Assembly (NCBI GenBank): GCA_051294905.1
Contig: CM119372.1
Location: forward strand, 24,182,001-24,246,000
Length of the DNA: 64,000 nt
DNA from: Botryllus schlosseri
Lineage: Eukaryota
Direction of reading: 5' to 3'
A program made the translations under genes and the position numbers. Of this stretch, positions 14,212 to 28,199 are shown one piece after another (position 1 is the stretch's first letter; each line of letters starts with the position of its first letter). Below the pieces are notes generated by a model. That model saw only the letters and a list, made by a program, of their open reading frames with translations. It did not search any database and was not told where the DNA came from.

Positions 14212-14326
14212 CACCGCATTGATTCACAAGAAATGCCACGTTCCCTCCATTCGGTGCATACATCGACACCTTGAACTTTCGATTCAACCTTTCCGGATAA
14301 TCCTCAGCTTTGAATGGAGCTTCTTT
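14212..14326 (-). CDS. MINPP1: MINPP1-like, exon 7 (absent from the ORF track)
   Basis: TTTTCAG|...|GTAAGT; KEAPFKAEDYPERLNRKFKVSMYAPNGGNVAFLVNQCG resembles MINPP1 KEPLTA.NY...RKFRS..VPYASNL.FVLYHC; phases 0 and 1. Confidence 0.9.
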
Positions 14327-16883
14327 CTGAAAAGTAGGCCCATAGATCAGAACAGCTTATAGGGACTTGATAATGCTTGACTATGACTATAGTCAAAGTC
14401 GTAATCAAGGTATCGGACCCGGCTGGACGATGAATAATAATACATGGTTCATATACATAGTTTTGACAACAAGTCGGCCGCTAAATTCGGTTAAATAATC
14501 GGATTCACACTTCAAACGGTCGAGAGCAGTGGTTAATTATTTTAATTATTAGGGTATCAGATATTCGAAAGGGTCCGTTGTATAACCCAACAGTTTAAGA
14601 TTTGCAGGGTGTCTGCTTGTTCCGTTTCTTTCTTCACTATTCAATCAATCATGCATACACTTCTATGTTCTCTAGGTTTAAAACTGGAGGATAATCCTGA
14701 AAAATGGTAAATTTTTCCCACTTCGGGGTCGGTTGACTAAAAAAAGGGTCGACTTTCCGGTTCAGCTTCACATTATCAGGTGGTTGACTAAAAAAAGGTC
14801 AACTTTCCGGCCCTGCTCCCAAAATACCCGCCGGAGCGTTACTTCAGATCTGATTTTCTGCATCTAAGTCTATTTTGCCATATATTTAACCTAAATTCTC
14901 AAAAAAGAGGACAAAATCCCAAAAAGAGGACATTTGAGCGTCCTCCGAGGACACTTTCAAAAAAGTCCAAAATGAGGAAAAATCCTCTTAAAATTGGACG
15001 TATGGTAACCCTACATTATAGCATTTCGATCTCAGCTCCTGCAGAGCTGTAAAATTCGGTACTTTCCCATCTCTGGTGAGCCACCGAAAATTACATTCTT
15101 TGTCGGTTCGGCAATGCAACTCAATGCGGAAATAATTTCCTCCAAAAACCAAACAGGATAGCGATAATCCACCCCCTCCACCCAAAAACTCAAATATCAC
15201 ACCCCAAACCCCACGGTCTACAATTTGACCAAAGGCCTTGCAGCAAAACTCAGTGTTGGCGACGTTTACAAAATCAACAGCCTGAAAAACGTGCCGCAGT
15301 GAAAAAGTAATTTCCGTCGGACTCGCCTGGGCTTCCATGGGTAATTACGTCGAATTCAAACGACAATCAAGCTATCTATTTACGTATAGTTCGGGTATGG
15401 TCGTGCTTGCAAGCCATTGCGTCACAGATAACTATGAGATGTAGCTAATACATCACATAGTTATTTGTTATGCAATTATAAAAGAGAATAGTGCCGTATT
15501 GGAAATAGTTTCATAACATGTGTTTTAATTCATTCATTAATATTTTGCGTTATTTCTGATAAAAGTTGCAGTAGAAATTGCATGAAAAATAGAAAAAAAA
15601 GTTGCAATATACAATTCCCACCAACAGCTTAAAGCATCATTCTACATATCTTCTGAGACCCTAGGAAGCTGTAAAAATAGTTGCAAAAGATACAAAAACT
15701 TGCCCTACTGATCAGTCTTACAGGTCATAAACTCTTTGTTAGTACGTAATGATCAGGACAATTTTTTTGACATGTCAAAATAGTCAAAATTTTGTCAAAA
15801 TTGTAGCGTTAGGTCAAAAAATTGTCAAAATTGTTCACAAAGTCAAATTATTTTTGCAACCTGTATTTCGTTTGTATCGTAGATGTTTGCACTGTCGGTG
15901 AACGTATCGTTTGACATGTCACATCTCATTGAGTACTTTATTGGCCTACCGTTGTAGATGGCCCATTGTCTGCTCATTGTGAATCGTAAACGGTCAAATG
16001 AAACAAATAGGTTGACATGGTGTTATGCTCAACGTACCACAATATTTAAACTCAAGCAAGACTACATGGGCATTGATTCTTATGTCAAGAATCCCATGAT
16101 GAAAAATTGTGATGTGGACAACATTTTCAGAATTAAGCAACACGGTATGTTATCAGCAGTGTACGCACGTCGCACAACTTCAGTGTTGCCAGTCAACAAC
16201 TGCTGCTGTTAAACGTTATTTCTCCATTCTTGGCAAGCTATTCAGTAAGGACAGACACTTTCTATTCGAGAATAAAGGAAAGTGTATTTCATTGTAATGC
16301 AACAACAAATTTTAATTATTTCTACCATAATGCGTGATGTAACTACTGGAATTCTTCATGGACCCAAATTGCGTTTAAATTAAGTTTTTTCATGCAAAAA
16401 TCTGTTCGTTTTTAAGTCAATTTTTTTCAGGCCAAGCTACTTCGTAAGAACAGACAGTTCAACCAGAAATGAAGATGATACAATTCTAACATTATGTCCG
16501 AAAACACCTAGTTTACATTCATGTGGGCAAAATGTTGTCAAAATTAGGTTTTTCAAGGTACAGATGTCAAAATTTTCATGTTTTAGGCAAAAATCTTTCG
16601 AGTTTTAGGCTGAAAAAAAAAATCGTACTAGTAATGATATTACGTAGGCCTATATAGGTTGGTCCCCACATCCTTGAGCGTTGAGCGTATGGTTGGTGCC
16701 CGATTAAATGAGATTTGCTCAAGCGTCGTTATCGTATGTTTGCATCAACATACTGACTTTAAATTACATGTAAAAAAGGATCGTCAACTGAACTGTACGC
16801 GAGGGCTTTGCGTATATACGTGTAGGTCTACTTGAACAAGTGTTAGCAGACACAATGTGCACAATGTGCACCATGTGTCACAC

Positions 16884-17083
16884 CTCAATCAATTTCATAT
16901 CCGCAAGTACTCGCAGCAACAACCATCCGTGTCCATTTAGAAAGTGACTGACTACGTTTCCATCGCTGATGTTTTTCAACGCATCCAAGATAAATCTTTT
17001 GGTTAGACAACCAGACTTGTAACTTAGCTCGATGCCATATCCGTGCTTCATGTAGTCGCCCATGTCATCTCTGTATTCGATTG
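16884..17083 (-). CDS. MINPP1: MINPP1-like, exon 6
   Basis: TTTACAG|...GAG|GTGTGA; IEYRDDMGDYMKHGYGIELSYKSGC...HFLNGHGWLLLRVL resembles LEY..DL..YWKRGYG..IN....C...FGHAETLL. Confidence 0.9.
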
Positions 17084-17311
17084 CTGTAAAATAAAATTCA
17101 ACACGTCTCGCACCGTGTTTTCGCACGATAACAATCAAAAGCCTCGACTATGGAATACGTGGCGAGAAAGAACAAATTGCCGGAAGGACGCAGAATAGTG
17201 ACGCGCGATGAGGTTCATTGTTGGTGAGGCACTGGCTCCTTTAGGGTCAGATTTACAGATATACGAGGAGGCTACGTAAGAAGGTACTACGGTACTAGGA
17301 TAGGGGTACAG

Positions 17312-17969
17312 TAGGGCTCTTCAAAAATGACTTTTTTTCTCAAATCGTAGTGGCTACTTGATAAAATTGTTAGGTTACCTAATTTAAGCCTACCCACCAA
17401 ATTTGGTTCAATTCCAACCAGTAGCCGCATTGCTACAGAAGAAGAAAGTTTCCATATATTATATAAAAATAAATAACAAAAAATTTGAAAATTTTCTGTT
17501 CACGCCATGAAAGTGTTATGTTGTCTATAGAAACGATGTTCACCAAATTTGGTTGAATTCCAACCAGTGGAAGCGGAGTTATTGCCGTCGAAAATTTGGA
17601 TTTCAATAAAATAGTATTTACGGTACTATAATAAATAATTAAAGAATGGGTCACCGTAAATACTATTTTATTCATATTCCAAATTTTTCGACGGCACTAA
17701 CTCCGCTTCCACTGGTTGGAATTCAACCAAATTTGGTGAACATCGTTTCTATAAACAACCTAACACTTTCATGGGGTGAACAGAAACTTTTCAATCTTTT
17801 TGCTATTTATTTTTACATAATAAATAGAAACTTTCTTCTCGTGTAGCAATGCGGATACTAGTTGGAATTGAACCAAATGTGGTGTGTAAGCTTAAATTAG
17901 GTAACCTAACAATTTTATCAAGTAGCCAGTACGATTTGAGAAAAAAAAAGTCATTTTTGAAGACCCCTA
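17312..17969. mobile_element. Foldback MITE (nearly whole element is palindromic)
   Basis: Arms of about 310 bp, TAGGGCTCTTCAAAAATGAC / GTCATTTTTGAAGACCCCTA; TSD GGGTACAG vs GTGTACAG (7/8). Confidence 0.9.
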
Positions 17970-19197
17970 GTGTACAGGGGTGTATCATATCTGCGTTACA
18001 ATGGACCGATGACAATATAGCTATCACAATAAATAGGCAAGTTTATGCTTCCAGTTTGACTGGATGTGCAACATCTTGCAATGTTCACGTCAACCGTATG
18101 CAACATGTACATTGCATTCATTTTGTGATGTCGTAAGCAAATGTATCTCCTCATCATTTAACGTATTAACCGTTGGTAGTGCACTTATTGGTTCATTTCG
18201 GAGTAGAACCGGGTGGAGTTTACATGTGTTTAGCTTGCGATATTTGACTATAGTAATTCTCGATGAAACCACCGCAACATCATGAAATGGCGCTTCCTGC
18301 GACAAGCTTATAAATAGCGCAGTGTACACAATTGCGCTGGCGGGGGTCGAGTTTAAGAACCACTGTGTTAGAAGGTTGTCCTGTAACCTCGAACCACGAC
18401 CCCTGATTATTATTTAGCATTTCGTACGTTGCAGCCTAACTCATCCTTATTCGATTAGGCCGGAGGTGGCCGTATACACATAATTAAATTAGCGTGTGTT
18501 GGCGGCAGTTGCCCGACATATGAGCATGCGACTCAATGAAAAGCGACAGATCACCATGCGACACTTTCGAATGCGTCACTTTGGCATGTGGGTTCACATG
18601 CCAAAAACTTACCATAACCCTGAAATCAACCCTTACATATGTCCCAACCCTAGCCCTAACTCAATCCTCAATCTCGGCCCTAACCGCAAGTTTGTCGCAT
18701 GCACAATTGCCGCATGCTGAGGTGTCACACGCTATTATGTCGCAGTGCTCATATGACCACGGACCGTTGACTACCGTCAATATGCAGTTTGAAGTTACGA
18801 ATTGGTCCCCAAATCGTTGATTGATTTTAATTAAACTTACAAAATTTCTTAGCGCTTTGTGACATTCATTTCGTTTTTAATATAATAGTATACTTGCCAT
18901 CTGACCCGCACCGTACAAATGCAAACCGCAGATAAAATGATGCGCCCCACAAAAATATCGAGTTGCGATCGTGTTCGTCTCACAAATTTTTCGAAGACAC
19001 CCCATCCATTAGCTCTACCGGTTAATCCGATCACGTGGACTGAGAATGAGTTAAATTTGACAGTAATATGTGAAACTACCAACATTATCGACGAAATTTA
19101 GCAGAGGTTGAAATCATTTTTTTGCTCGGCGCGACTAGAAACTCGATCCCTGTAACTATTCCTGACATTTGTACTGGTAATTTTGGTCGATATGTAG

Positions 19198-20495
19198 CAG
19201 AGATGAGCATGGATTAGGATTTCAGAAAACCGGATTTGAGAAATTTTGCCGGATTATTATTGGGTTAGGATTTGAGAATTATTTTTAATTGAGAACGGTT
19301 AGGATTGGATATACCGGTTTTAGGGGAGATTGATGTACTTATTTTGTTATTAATTTTTACATTTTGGTTATGGTTATTCAATTCCCTGTTCATCCTCATG
19401 TGGAAGGATATCTCACATCATTGACACATTAGTAGGATAGGTGTGACGATCATAGGGTAGCCTGATTCGGTAAGCCAATAACGACACTAATCATTTGAAC
19501 ACGACTCGTTTCTAACCAGACATTTCGTGATCGGTTGTGAAGGAACTCCGCACCATATTAATTCATAGTGAGATGCGTCACAACATCCTTGGTGTTCAAC
19601 AACAACATTATTGAGCTCCCAGTATCTAAACCCTAACGATACAGTATGCAGTGTAAAGGGGAGAAAATGGATATACTTCCGTCTGTACTTGTCTCAATAG
19701 GTCAGCGGACTCGCGTCAATGGGTTGATCGGTAGGGACTCGTCCTGTGGCAAATAGCGATAATCTTTTTTGTTTGGATCAATATTATCAAGGTGATTCAG
19801 AGTGATTGTGATACTTTCGAAACAGGAGCACTAAATAAAATCAAAATTTACGCCGAAGCTATAAATATTTCAAACGCATTGTCGAATTAGTTTTGGAGTA
19901 CTAGAGGCTTTGACTACCTGAACGTTTGGTTATTGCGAAAAGACTGTGGGAATGTTCCACCGACTGAGCAAACGAGGCGTATCATACCTGCCTCTAGTGT
20001 TGCAAGTGAGCGGGCTTTCAGTGCTGCTAGCAACACAATCTGTAAGACGCGCTCACAGTTAGCATCATCGACTGTCGATGCAACTCTTGTATTTCATTCG
20101 GAATTTATCAGGTGTAAAATGACTGTTGATTTATTTTTACATCTGTACTAGTACTCTTTAGAGTGGACACCCTCAACGTTGTGCTACAGTTTCGTTCCGC
20201 TGTGTTTGTCCATTTCAGTTGATCGAATTATTGTTGCCAAAATTGTTCTGTTCGCACGCAACGACAATTGGTTTGGAAGGTAACGCGATATACGTTCGCG
20301 CTCATTGACCGTTATATTTCTTTTAACAGAAATATAGGCATAGCCATAAGATGTAGGCTATAACTTTCTAAGTTTGAATCAGATTAGGATTGGATATTGA
20401 TTTGAACATACAAAAGTTATGGATTATGACTCGGATTTGGAGTTTCGTATTGGGGTTGGATTAGGACATAGAAATTTCAAATCCGCCCATCTCTG
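19198..20495 (+). mobile_element. hAT deletion derivative with a remnant of the transposase C-terminal dimerisation domain
   Basis: TIRs CAGAGATG.GC / GCCCATCTCTG, GGATT subterminal repeats, TSD ATATGTAG vs ATATTTAG; about 19980-20100 encodes IPASSVASERAFSAASNTICKTRSQL (hAT SER.FS motif). Confidence 0.9.
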
Positions 20496-21238
20496 ATATT
20501 TAGTAAGCCTGCAGGGATATTTTGCTTCTACAATTATAAACTTTTATACGCAAGGTATATCTCAAGAAATCAATGATGGCACAGAACACCACAGGGATTC
20601 TCCGCAGTGCAACGTTCCCATTAGCCAATTTAACATGCGCAGTTGTCGTCCAGGGGGGCCATGACGATTCTCCGCTGGAAGCGGCCGTCTATGATACATA
20701 TGTAATCGAAATGCGGCCTTCTACGGAATCGGTGTATTATGTCGTCAGGGGTGGACGAGTTTCGAGTAACCGTTCAAACGGTGTACCAGGACGAAAAAGG
20801 CTGAAGAACACTGCAATAGATATCAAAGTCGTGTAATTTTGGGCGTTAAAATGTTCCAAATTAGTCGTTCATCAACATGGGAACAAAATCCCAAATAATT
20901 CAGTCACGGCTTTCATAATTTTATTTTACATATCCTACGCAGACGAGATACTGCCTCTCTTATCTCCCCTGAACTCACGCCATTGACTTGTTCACGCAAA
21001 GATGGTAAATAAATTACCATAATATTAATGAGCGATAGTCTGTTGAGTCGGATTCTGTCACAATTACAAATTCGGTAGTAATCTAATCAAGTTAGCAACA
21101 AGGATTGGCCAATAGAGTTAGAGCATGTGCTGATTCAGACATAAAAGGCAAATTATACGACTATACGTATTAATTTGATAAAACAGTCGTAAAGTCGAAA
21201 CATGCCTTCTAAATACACCGATATTGTGCTAAACGTAC

Positions 21239-21412
21239 CCTTCAGATCGTCTGTTGTGAATACATGGCACCATGGACTGTTTTTTCCGTCCACTGCCACT
21301 TTCTCAGCGCACCCTTCGAGGTACAACGTATCTATCGTGCCAATGTCGATTTCACTCTCCGGCACCCCGAGTCGTTTTGCAATGTTTGATGCCATCTCTA
21401 CAAAGACTTCGC
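21239..21412 (-). CDS. MINPP1: MINPP1-like, exon 5
   Basis: TTTCTCCAG|...G|GTACGT; IAKRLGV...CAEKVAVDGKNSPWCHVFTTDDLK contains the MINPP1 SPWC.vF motif. Confidence 0.92.
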
Positions 21413-21599
21413 CTGGAGAAAGAATTCATTTTTCAAGATATATGTTGTTGATATTGTTGTTGTATATGGGGTCAATGGTGCTGACCTTGTGCACCAGACC
21501 GCTTCGAAATAATATATCCGTTAAATTATATTGATGGTGTGACAAATACGAATTCGATAACAGGCTGAATTTTGTATGGGCTCAATAATAATATTGCCG

Positions 21600-21860
21600 T
21601 ACTGTCATGTCGACATGGTTCTGCCTAGCTATTTTCCAAATATCTTCATGCGTAGATTTTGCACATTAGCAGGAAGTGTTCGACCACCTCTTTTACCATG
21701 CCACCTTCGCCACCACCACCATCGTGACACTTTATCCAATAAAGATGAGAATTCAATCGAGAATGTCCCCATTTCAACGTAATTATAATGGAGGAAATCC
21801 TTCGTGGAAAATTCGGCGTGGCAGGAATTTCCATGAGGGCTGCGTAGATTTTGTAATATG
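21600..21860 (-). mobile_element. Decayed 3' end of a non-LTR retrotransposon ORF2 (zinc-finger-like region)
   Basis: LKWGHSRLNSHLYWI...EVVEHFLLMCKIYA* resembles the LINE ORF2 C-terminal pattern LR.GH..LN.HL....E.VEHFLL.C..Y; the two upstream Cys are degenerate. Confidence 0.6.
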
Positions 21861-23176
21861 TTGATCCGTCACCAGACCACTTGCAGATATGTCATCAATG
21901 CACAGTGTATAAGACACAATTGTGCAAAACAATGTACAGTGTTTCCAAGTATACGCTTTTTGTGACATATATGGTCAATTGGTTATTGCTCAGTAGCAAA
22001 CCGCTTTGCTACATACTTGGAGTACTCAAGTATTTGTACTACTTACTTAAGTGTTTATGCTTTTAGACTTATTTCTACTATTTTTTAGGAAAAACCAGGC
22101 CTGAAGTATTTACTATTTACATCTACTTTTCCTTGAGTACCAATGATCATTGCTTTGACTACCTCTGAGCCCAAAGTATCATTATGGTTTATTGGAAAAT
22201 GTTTATTGTTTAGTCTTCGGGTTGTCAAAACAACTCGAAGTAGTCATTAAAACTGACATCCACCTTGGCCTGAAACACTGGTGGTAAACTACGATACGCG
22301 ACTACATTTTGTGAGACCTACAAAGTCCCCGAGAAACGCTACAAAAATATTCATAAAATGCGTATTGTTGTTGTTTGTTATATTAATGGTGTTTCGACTA
22401 TTTACATCAGGTCGTTATTCTTTATTCCTGATTCCGTATTTACCGACTTATAGCACGGACCACTTCTAGGCATTCACAAGACAACGCTTACGCGGATCAC
22501 GTGGCGAGGACGAGCCTAGATAAACCTACAACACTTAGATAGGAATTCTGAACGCGAACCCACTTCGCATTGGTGATGTAGCTGTGGATCATAACACTGT
22601 GCTATCTCGCCATCTGCGTATTAAAAATCTAATGACTGCAGGCAGCGTCTTGATTAAAGTTTTTTTTTAGCATATTTAACGATGATTTAGATAAGTCTTA
22701 CTAGTCTTACAAATACTATCTAAAAAGCGAAAAGTTGAAAACAATTTCCGCTTCGGCGTCGGAGGTGTAACGCAATATGTGTCACTTGTTATATAATGCA
22801 TCCTTTGCTGCAATTTGAAATACCACTTTAAACCGAACATCCTAATTATAGACATCATTTATCGATTTATAAGCTACTAATAAAGCAACCGAATGTACAA
22901 AATGTTTAGCCCCAGCTAATGTCGATTTCGAAGAAGGCAAAGTTTACACAGTAACATAGTAAGTCATTTGCTGAAGCTAATTTAGGTAAGATGGTGATGA
23001 TGCTGTCAGCATTGTGTGTCCTGAAGTTAAACCAACTATAGAATCACTTAAATAGCTGGTTCGTGGTACAGAACTTGAAAATAGCTTTCAATAAACATCC
23101 ATAGCAGTAAAATATTTATTCAGCTCGAAGACTGTTCAAGTGCTTTTTTCAAGAGCTAACTATGCACACTATGGGG

Positions 23177-25198
23177 CAGCGGTCGGGAACCTATCGTTCG
23201 CGAGCCATATGTGGCTTTTTTGGGTATAAAATATGGCTCTTTGCCGAATTTTGATTTTTGTACTCAATTTAGCAATATTACAGTGGCTTGTTAGTAAATT
23301 TCCACCACAGTCAAATAATTTTTTTGTGGCAGTACAAACATGTATTTGAGAGGCCAAGACAATGACGTATTCAGTGATATGGGCTCCGACACCTCGTCAA
23401 AATCCTTAAAATTAAGTTGTTGTCACGCCGGCGACCAATATCACTCCCTAATTCGATGTACCCGCCTCTAAATCTTGGATTGCATAATACCTCGATTTAT
23501 CAAAGAGAATAACCGACATTTTGACGCCTGTATGACCATGTAGCCATGGAAGTGACATTCACAATTACAAATTCTAACGACAAATGACGCCAAAGCTATG
23601 CACGCGCTTGATTTATAATAAATATGCAAATTGCGTCATTTTGGGAGTAAAAAATGTTCAAAATCTAGTCATTCATGAATATCGATAGAAAATACCAATA
23701 ATATATTCATTGAAGTTTTCACGATTTTCGTTTACTCATCCTGACGACAGGTGAGGCACTGCGTCACTTGCCCCCCCCCCCGTGACCCCACGTCATTGAC
23801 ATATCACACATTACGGTGAGTATATACTGCTGTAGTTACCATGTATATATTGCTTCACCTACGCATGTGATCATGGATACTCGCATTTTAAAAGAGCATC
23901 AAGATCAGGGGTGGCCAACCTGCGGTTGTAGAATTATACGTTAATTAGCGTGAGTTGGCGGCAGTCAACATGCAATTTTAATTTGGGAATTTCAAGTCGA
24001 CTTCTAAATTTTCTTCGTGCTGGGTGCAATTTTGAGTGGCTTGATTTTTCATGTAAAATATATTAATGTTCTTGTAATCTGACCGCCGCATTATACAAAT
24101 GCGAACCACAGAGGAAAATCATGCGCCTCGTCAAGAAATACCAATTCGGAATCATGTAGCCTACGTCTCACGACTGAATTTTTTTCTGGTACGTTCGGGT
24201 GATTTCAATATGTATTTTGGCTACTCCTAAAATCCTGACGGGAAGTCAAGATATAACAATATACAACAAAGTGATTAATAATATTCCGAGATGCATGATT
24301 ATTAATTATGTGCCCAAAATTTTCGGATCCAGCGGAAAATCTGACCAGGGGGGCTGAGAGAGGATATATGTTTGACCAATATTATCGATGAAATTCATTC
24401 ATAAAGACTAAACGTATATTTCCGGAAAGTTTTCATATCCGCAATATTTGCAATTTCGCTGCGTATATAAAGCCTGCTGGGGCGTTCTACTTCTACAATT
24501 TAAATCTTTCTTGTGCAAGATATTTCACAAGAAAACTGTGATGGTACAGAACACCACGACGGCTGCCTGCGACGCGGAGTCTCCAAGTAGCCAATTTAGC
24601 ATCGATATTCGGTGATCCATTACGACTATATTCTACATATGTATTCGAAATGCGGCCGTGAATAGCAAAACGGTTGAACAGCCATGATCAAGACAAACCT
24701 ACGATCTCGTATAACTGACGAAAGTCTCAACTTTTGTATGGAGCTTAACCTCATTAATTTATCAATCAGACTGCACTTGCACACTGCACTGTGCATAGCC
24801 ATCAGTAATAGCGCGCAACACCAAGAGACGCATTAACTGTAAAAAGCGTGTAAATCGTAGTTAAATGTTGGAAATATAAATTGTCTTAAGCTTCGAAAAA
24901 TATCATATGGCTCTCATCGTAATACAATTAAAAAGATGTAACTAAAAAAGATCTATGTAACTCCAGTCTCGTGTTCTCAGAGAAAGTAACCAGCATTATT
25001 AATACTAGTTTTTATAGAGTAAATATGGTGCGCACGACTAATCCCATTTTATAAGTGAGTTCGAATCATCACTACCAGGACGTCATGAGTGTCCAATTGT
25101 GACGTAACTATTGATTAACATGTATGGCTCCTTGAGATTTAAAATGGAAAATATAGGGCCAATATGACTCTTTGAACGAAAAAGGTTCCCAACCACTG
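23177..25198. mobile_element. Composite non-autonomous hAT-type element
   Basis: CAGCGGTCGGGAACCT / AGGTTCCCAACCACTG; TSD CTATGGGG vs CTATAGGG; internal second terminus CAGGGGTGGCCAAC at about 23906. Confidence 0.8.
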
Positions 25199-27638
25199 CT
25201 ATAGGGATTTAAACAGAATGAGAAGCAAAACCAAAAAGGCAGAGTATGACATAACAATAAGAATTACATACCATGAAGTCCGCAATGTAACAATGGCAAC
25301 AATAACAAACTTTGAAATGCACGGTACTATACAGGGCTTTGGATCCGGAGCCGTAGCAAGGAGCCGGAGCCCCGGAGCCCCGGAGCCGTGCATTTCCAGC
25401 GGAGCAGGAGCTGGAGCCGGAGTTCTACTTCAAATTCAAGTGAAGCCGGAGCTGGAGCTGGTTGTTTGAACGGTATCTCCGGCTCCGATGTATTTCATAT
25501 GATGCTTGTGCTTTTAATAATGGTTGAATTCACATAATTTGACGATAACCGGTCACAAGATTAAGAATTGTTGCCTCGTTGGCACCACATTTTCTAACTA
25601 ACCAGTAACCATCATACATAGGCACCACACCTGGAAAGGCTGGGTTTGCCGCGCTTACTCGATCCCTAATTACCTAATAATGGGTATACCCACAATTTCG
25701 ATTTAAGCACAACAACCATGGCCAATTGTGTTGTTCAAAAAATAATAAAAACCGTGCATGTCACAAGATGGGATTGATGCTTATATGAGCTGAGCAATTT
25801 ACCTAATTGGTAATGAGACGAATATATAGGCGACGCCAAAGAATAAAAGCGTGACCTTGCTGCACATTTCGATTTGGCGGCGCGCATGTCGCATGCTAAG
25901 AAATATCGTCTCCATTCTGAATTGGATGAGCAAATGCACGACCTTGGTTGATAGTTTTTGAATCGTAGCGCCAAATTGGACAATGTGTTATCGTTTATGC
26001 CTGCGAATTGAAATTCATTCCAGCACATGATCGTCTACTCTAGTATCGATTTGAGAACGTGAATAGCGAAATGCATCGGAGCAGCCCAGGTCGCTATTAT
26101 AGTACGCATACGCGTACAATTGTCGCGATGCAATCTAGTTACTGCAATGTCCGAAACCTGCCCTGGTGTTGAATTGAATATAAGAGGGCAATTAGTGATT
26201 ACCGGTATTAAAACGTCAAGTCACCGTTTTACTGCTGTACAATGTGTACATGCCATAGCATGGAGTAAAGTGCGTTCTCGTGCGGATATGACGTCATTGA
26301 CAGACGAAAAAAAGGTTAATTAAGTCCCTGCATCAATTCGATTTTCAGTACCCATTTTATCAATATTAAAAAAAAATTTTTTTATACTCTCGCGGGCCGC
26401 ACAGAATTGTGTTGCGGGCCGCATGCGGCCCGCGGGCCGTAGTTTGCCCACCCCTGCACTAGAGCCTCGAAAATAGCAGCAGCATGTCGCAGACAACTAA
26501 CTAGTATCCACAGCAAAACGCTAACATATTGATAGACTATCGCTCTTTGCTCTTTTCCCGTCTGTCTGTCAAATAGCTGAACTGTACCGGTGCTGGTTAC
26601 GAGATGATATCTCCGGTTGATATAAAATGCTCATGATTGTCCGATAATAAACCACATTAACGCATCTCGTCCGAAAATTTGAAAAAAAAAACAAAATAGT
26701 CAATAAAATCAAAATGGTAAAATTAAAATAAAAAATCAACGGAAAAAAATGATTTAAATCACACTGATTTAAATCAGCCTGATTTAAACCAGAACCCTGT
26801 TCGGACCAAAATATCTTTCACTTATAGGACTATATCTGTCGGGCAAATTGTCTCGCGAAATTTACCCGCTGTAACAGCAGGGGAATCTCGTATATCGGGT
26901 AACAGAAACGTTCGTCCTGAGATTTTGGTTTGGTTTTGGTATTTCCATGGCTGCCTAATTGATTGTAAGTCAGTTTTATAATTTTTTTAAAAATGTAATT
27001 TGTTTAAAGACATGTTTTAAGCGAAATGTTTTTAATAAACTCTCTCCGAAAAGTTTGCATTCAAATCATCGACGCGATGCAGACTCACAGGATGTACAAT
27101 TATACGTAGCTTGTCATTTACGTTCTAAATCGATAACCTTCGACATTAAATTGAGATACGGTACATTGTGCGTTATCAGCTAATCTCCATCATCGACATT
27201 ATCATAGTAGTCGCCAGGACAAAAGCTAATCGGCAATACTACATCCAGCGACTCAACCTTTCAGCAATTACAGAATTTGGCTGACTTGATCATGTTTCGA
27301 GGCCGTCAGGTCGTGTTTACCGTTATTCCGGGGTTTTCTCCTTGAGTCAGAACTCGAAGATCATTACAAGTTCGTGAGCAAATTTAAGCAAACCACATCC
27401 TCTTCAATACTCTAGTGACGACCAAATTAAATTGATAAATATATCTCCATCTGATCCATGCAAGCGGTGACTTACATAAGCCTAAATCAAAAGTCAACCA
27501 CGCCATAAGTCGGTAGCTCATATATCTTGTATATCACTAATTGAACTATAGTACTTGAGTAGAAATCACATATAATAATTTATCCTCCACTTGAATCGTG
27601 TCAGGTTCGTGTTCGATCACCTCTGAATGGACACATAC

Positions 27639-27826
27639 CTTGTGCAAATTTCGTTTTTTCGGGTACAATATTGTCGTCATAAAATATTTCTTCCAAGTAT
27701 CTGTCACAAATCGGACGATTGAATATTATGGTGTCGTTGATGATTATTGACTTTGATGAGTTGTGCGTATTTTCCATGAACATCCTGGTTGATTCTCGCG
27801 TCCTCTGGTAGTCTGACGAATAGTAT
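27639..27826 (-). CDS. MINPP1: MINPP1-like, exon 4
   Basis: AAG acceptor, G|GTATGT donor; YYSSDYQRTRESTRMFM...ND.II.....C.RY has the second conserved histidine-phosphatase Arg (RT..S); phases 2 and 1 fit the neighbouring exons. Confidence 0.85.
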
Positions 27827-27866
27827 CTTAATTCAGGAGAATAGAAAAACATTACATCATGACTCT

Positions 27867-28149
27867 GACCAGTGTGGCGAGATAGCGCAGTGGTATAATC
27901 CGCGGCTGCAACACCAATGGGTGCAGGTTCGAGTCCGACCGAGGTCGACTTCCGAATTCCGATACCTAAGTGTTGGAGGTTTACCTAGGCTCCTCCTCGC
28001 CACCTCATCCGCGTCAGCGGTGTCTTACAAAAGCCTAGAGGTGGGCCGTGCTATAAGTCGGCAGTTACGGAAAATAAGAAAAATATCGGCCTGGGGTAAA
28101 TGACCATAGTATAGTCGACAAACACCATTAATACCACAAAAACAAACAA
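27867..28149 (+). mobile_element. tRNA-derived SINE
   Basis: A-box-like TAGCGCAGTGG and B-box GGTTCGAGTCC, (CAAA)n tail, perfect 13-bp TSD ACATCATGACTCT (27854-27866, 28150-28162). Confidence 0.92.
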
Positions 28150-28199
28150 ACATCATGACTCTTTATTCAGCGATACGCGATGATTTTAAGGCCCTAAGG

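Noticed and set aside
18610..18690. CCCTAA-like telomeric repeats (also about 34210-34320)
   Set aside because: Short and irregular; not a true telomeric array.
25332..25490. Gly/Ala/Pro-rich ORFs
   Set aside because: They derive from (GGAGCC)n subterminal repeats next to a CAGGG element end.
27876..27950. tRNA gene
   Set aside because: It continues into a SINE body with a tail and TSD; no clean cloverleaf.
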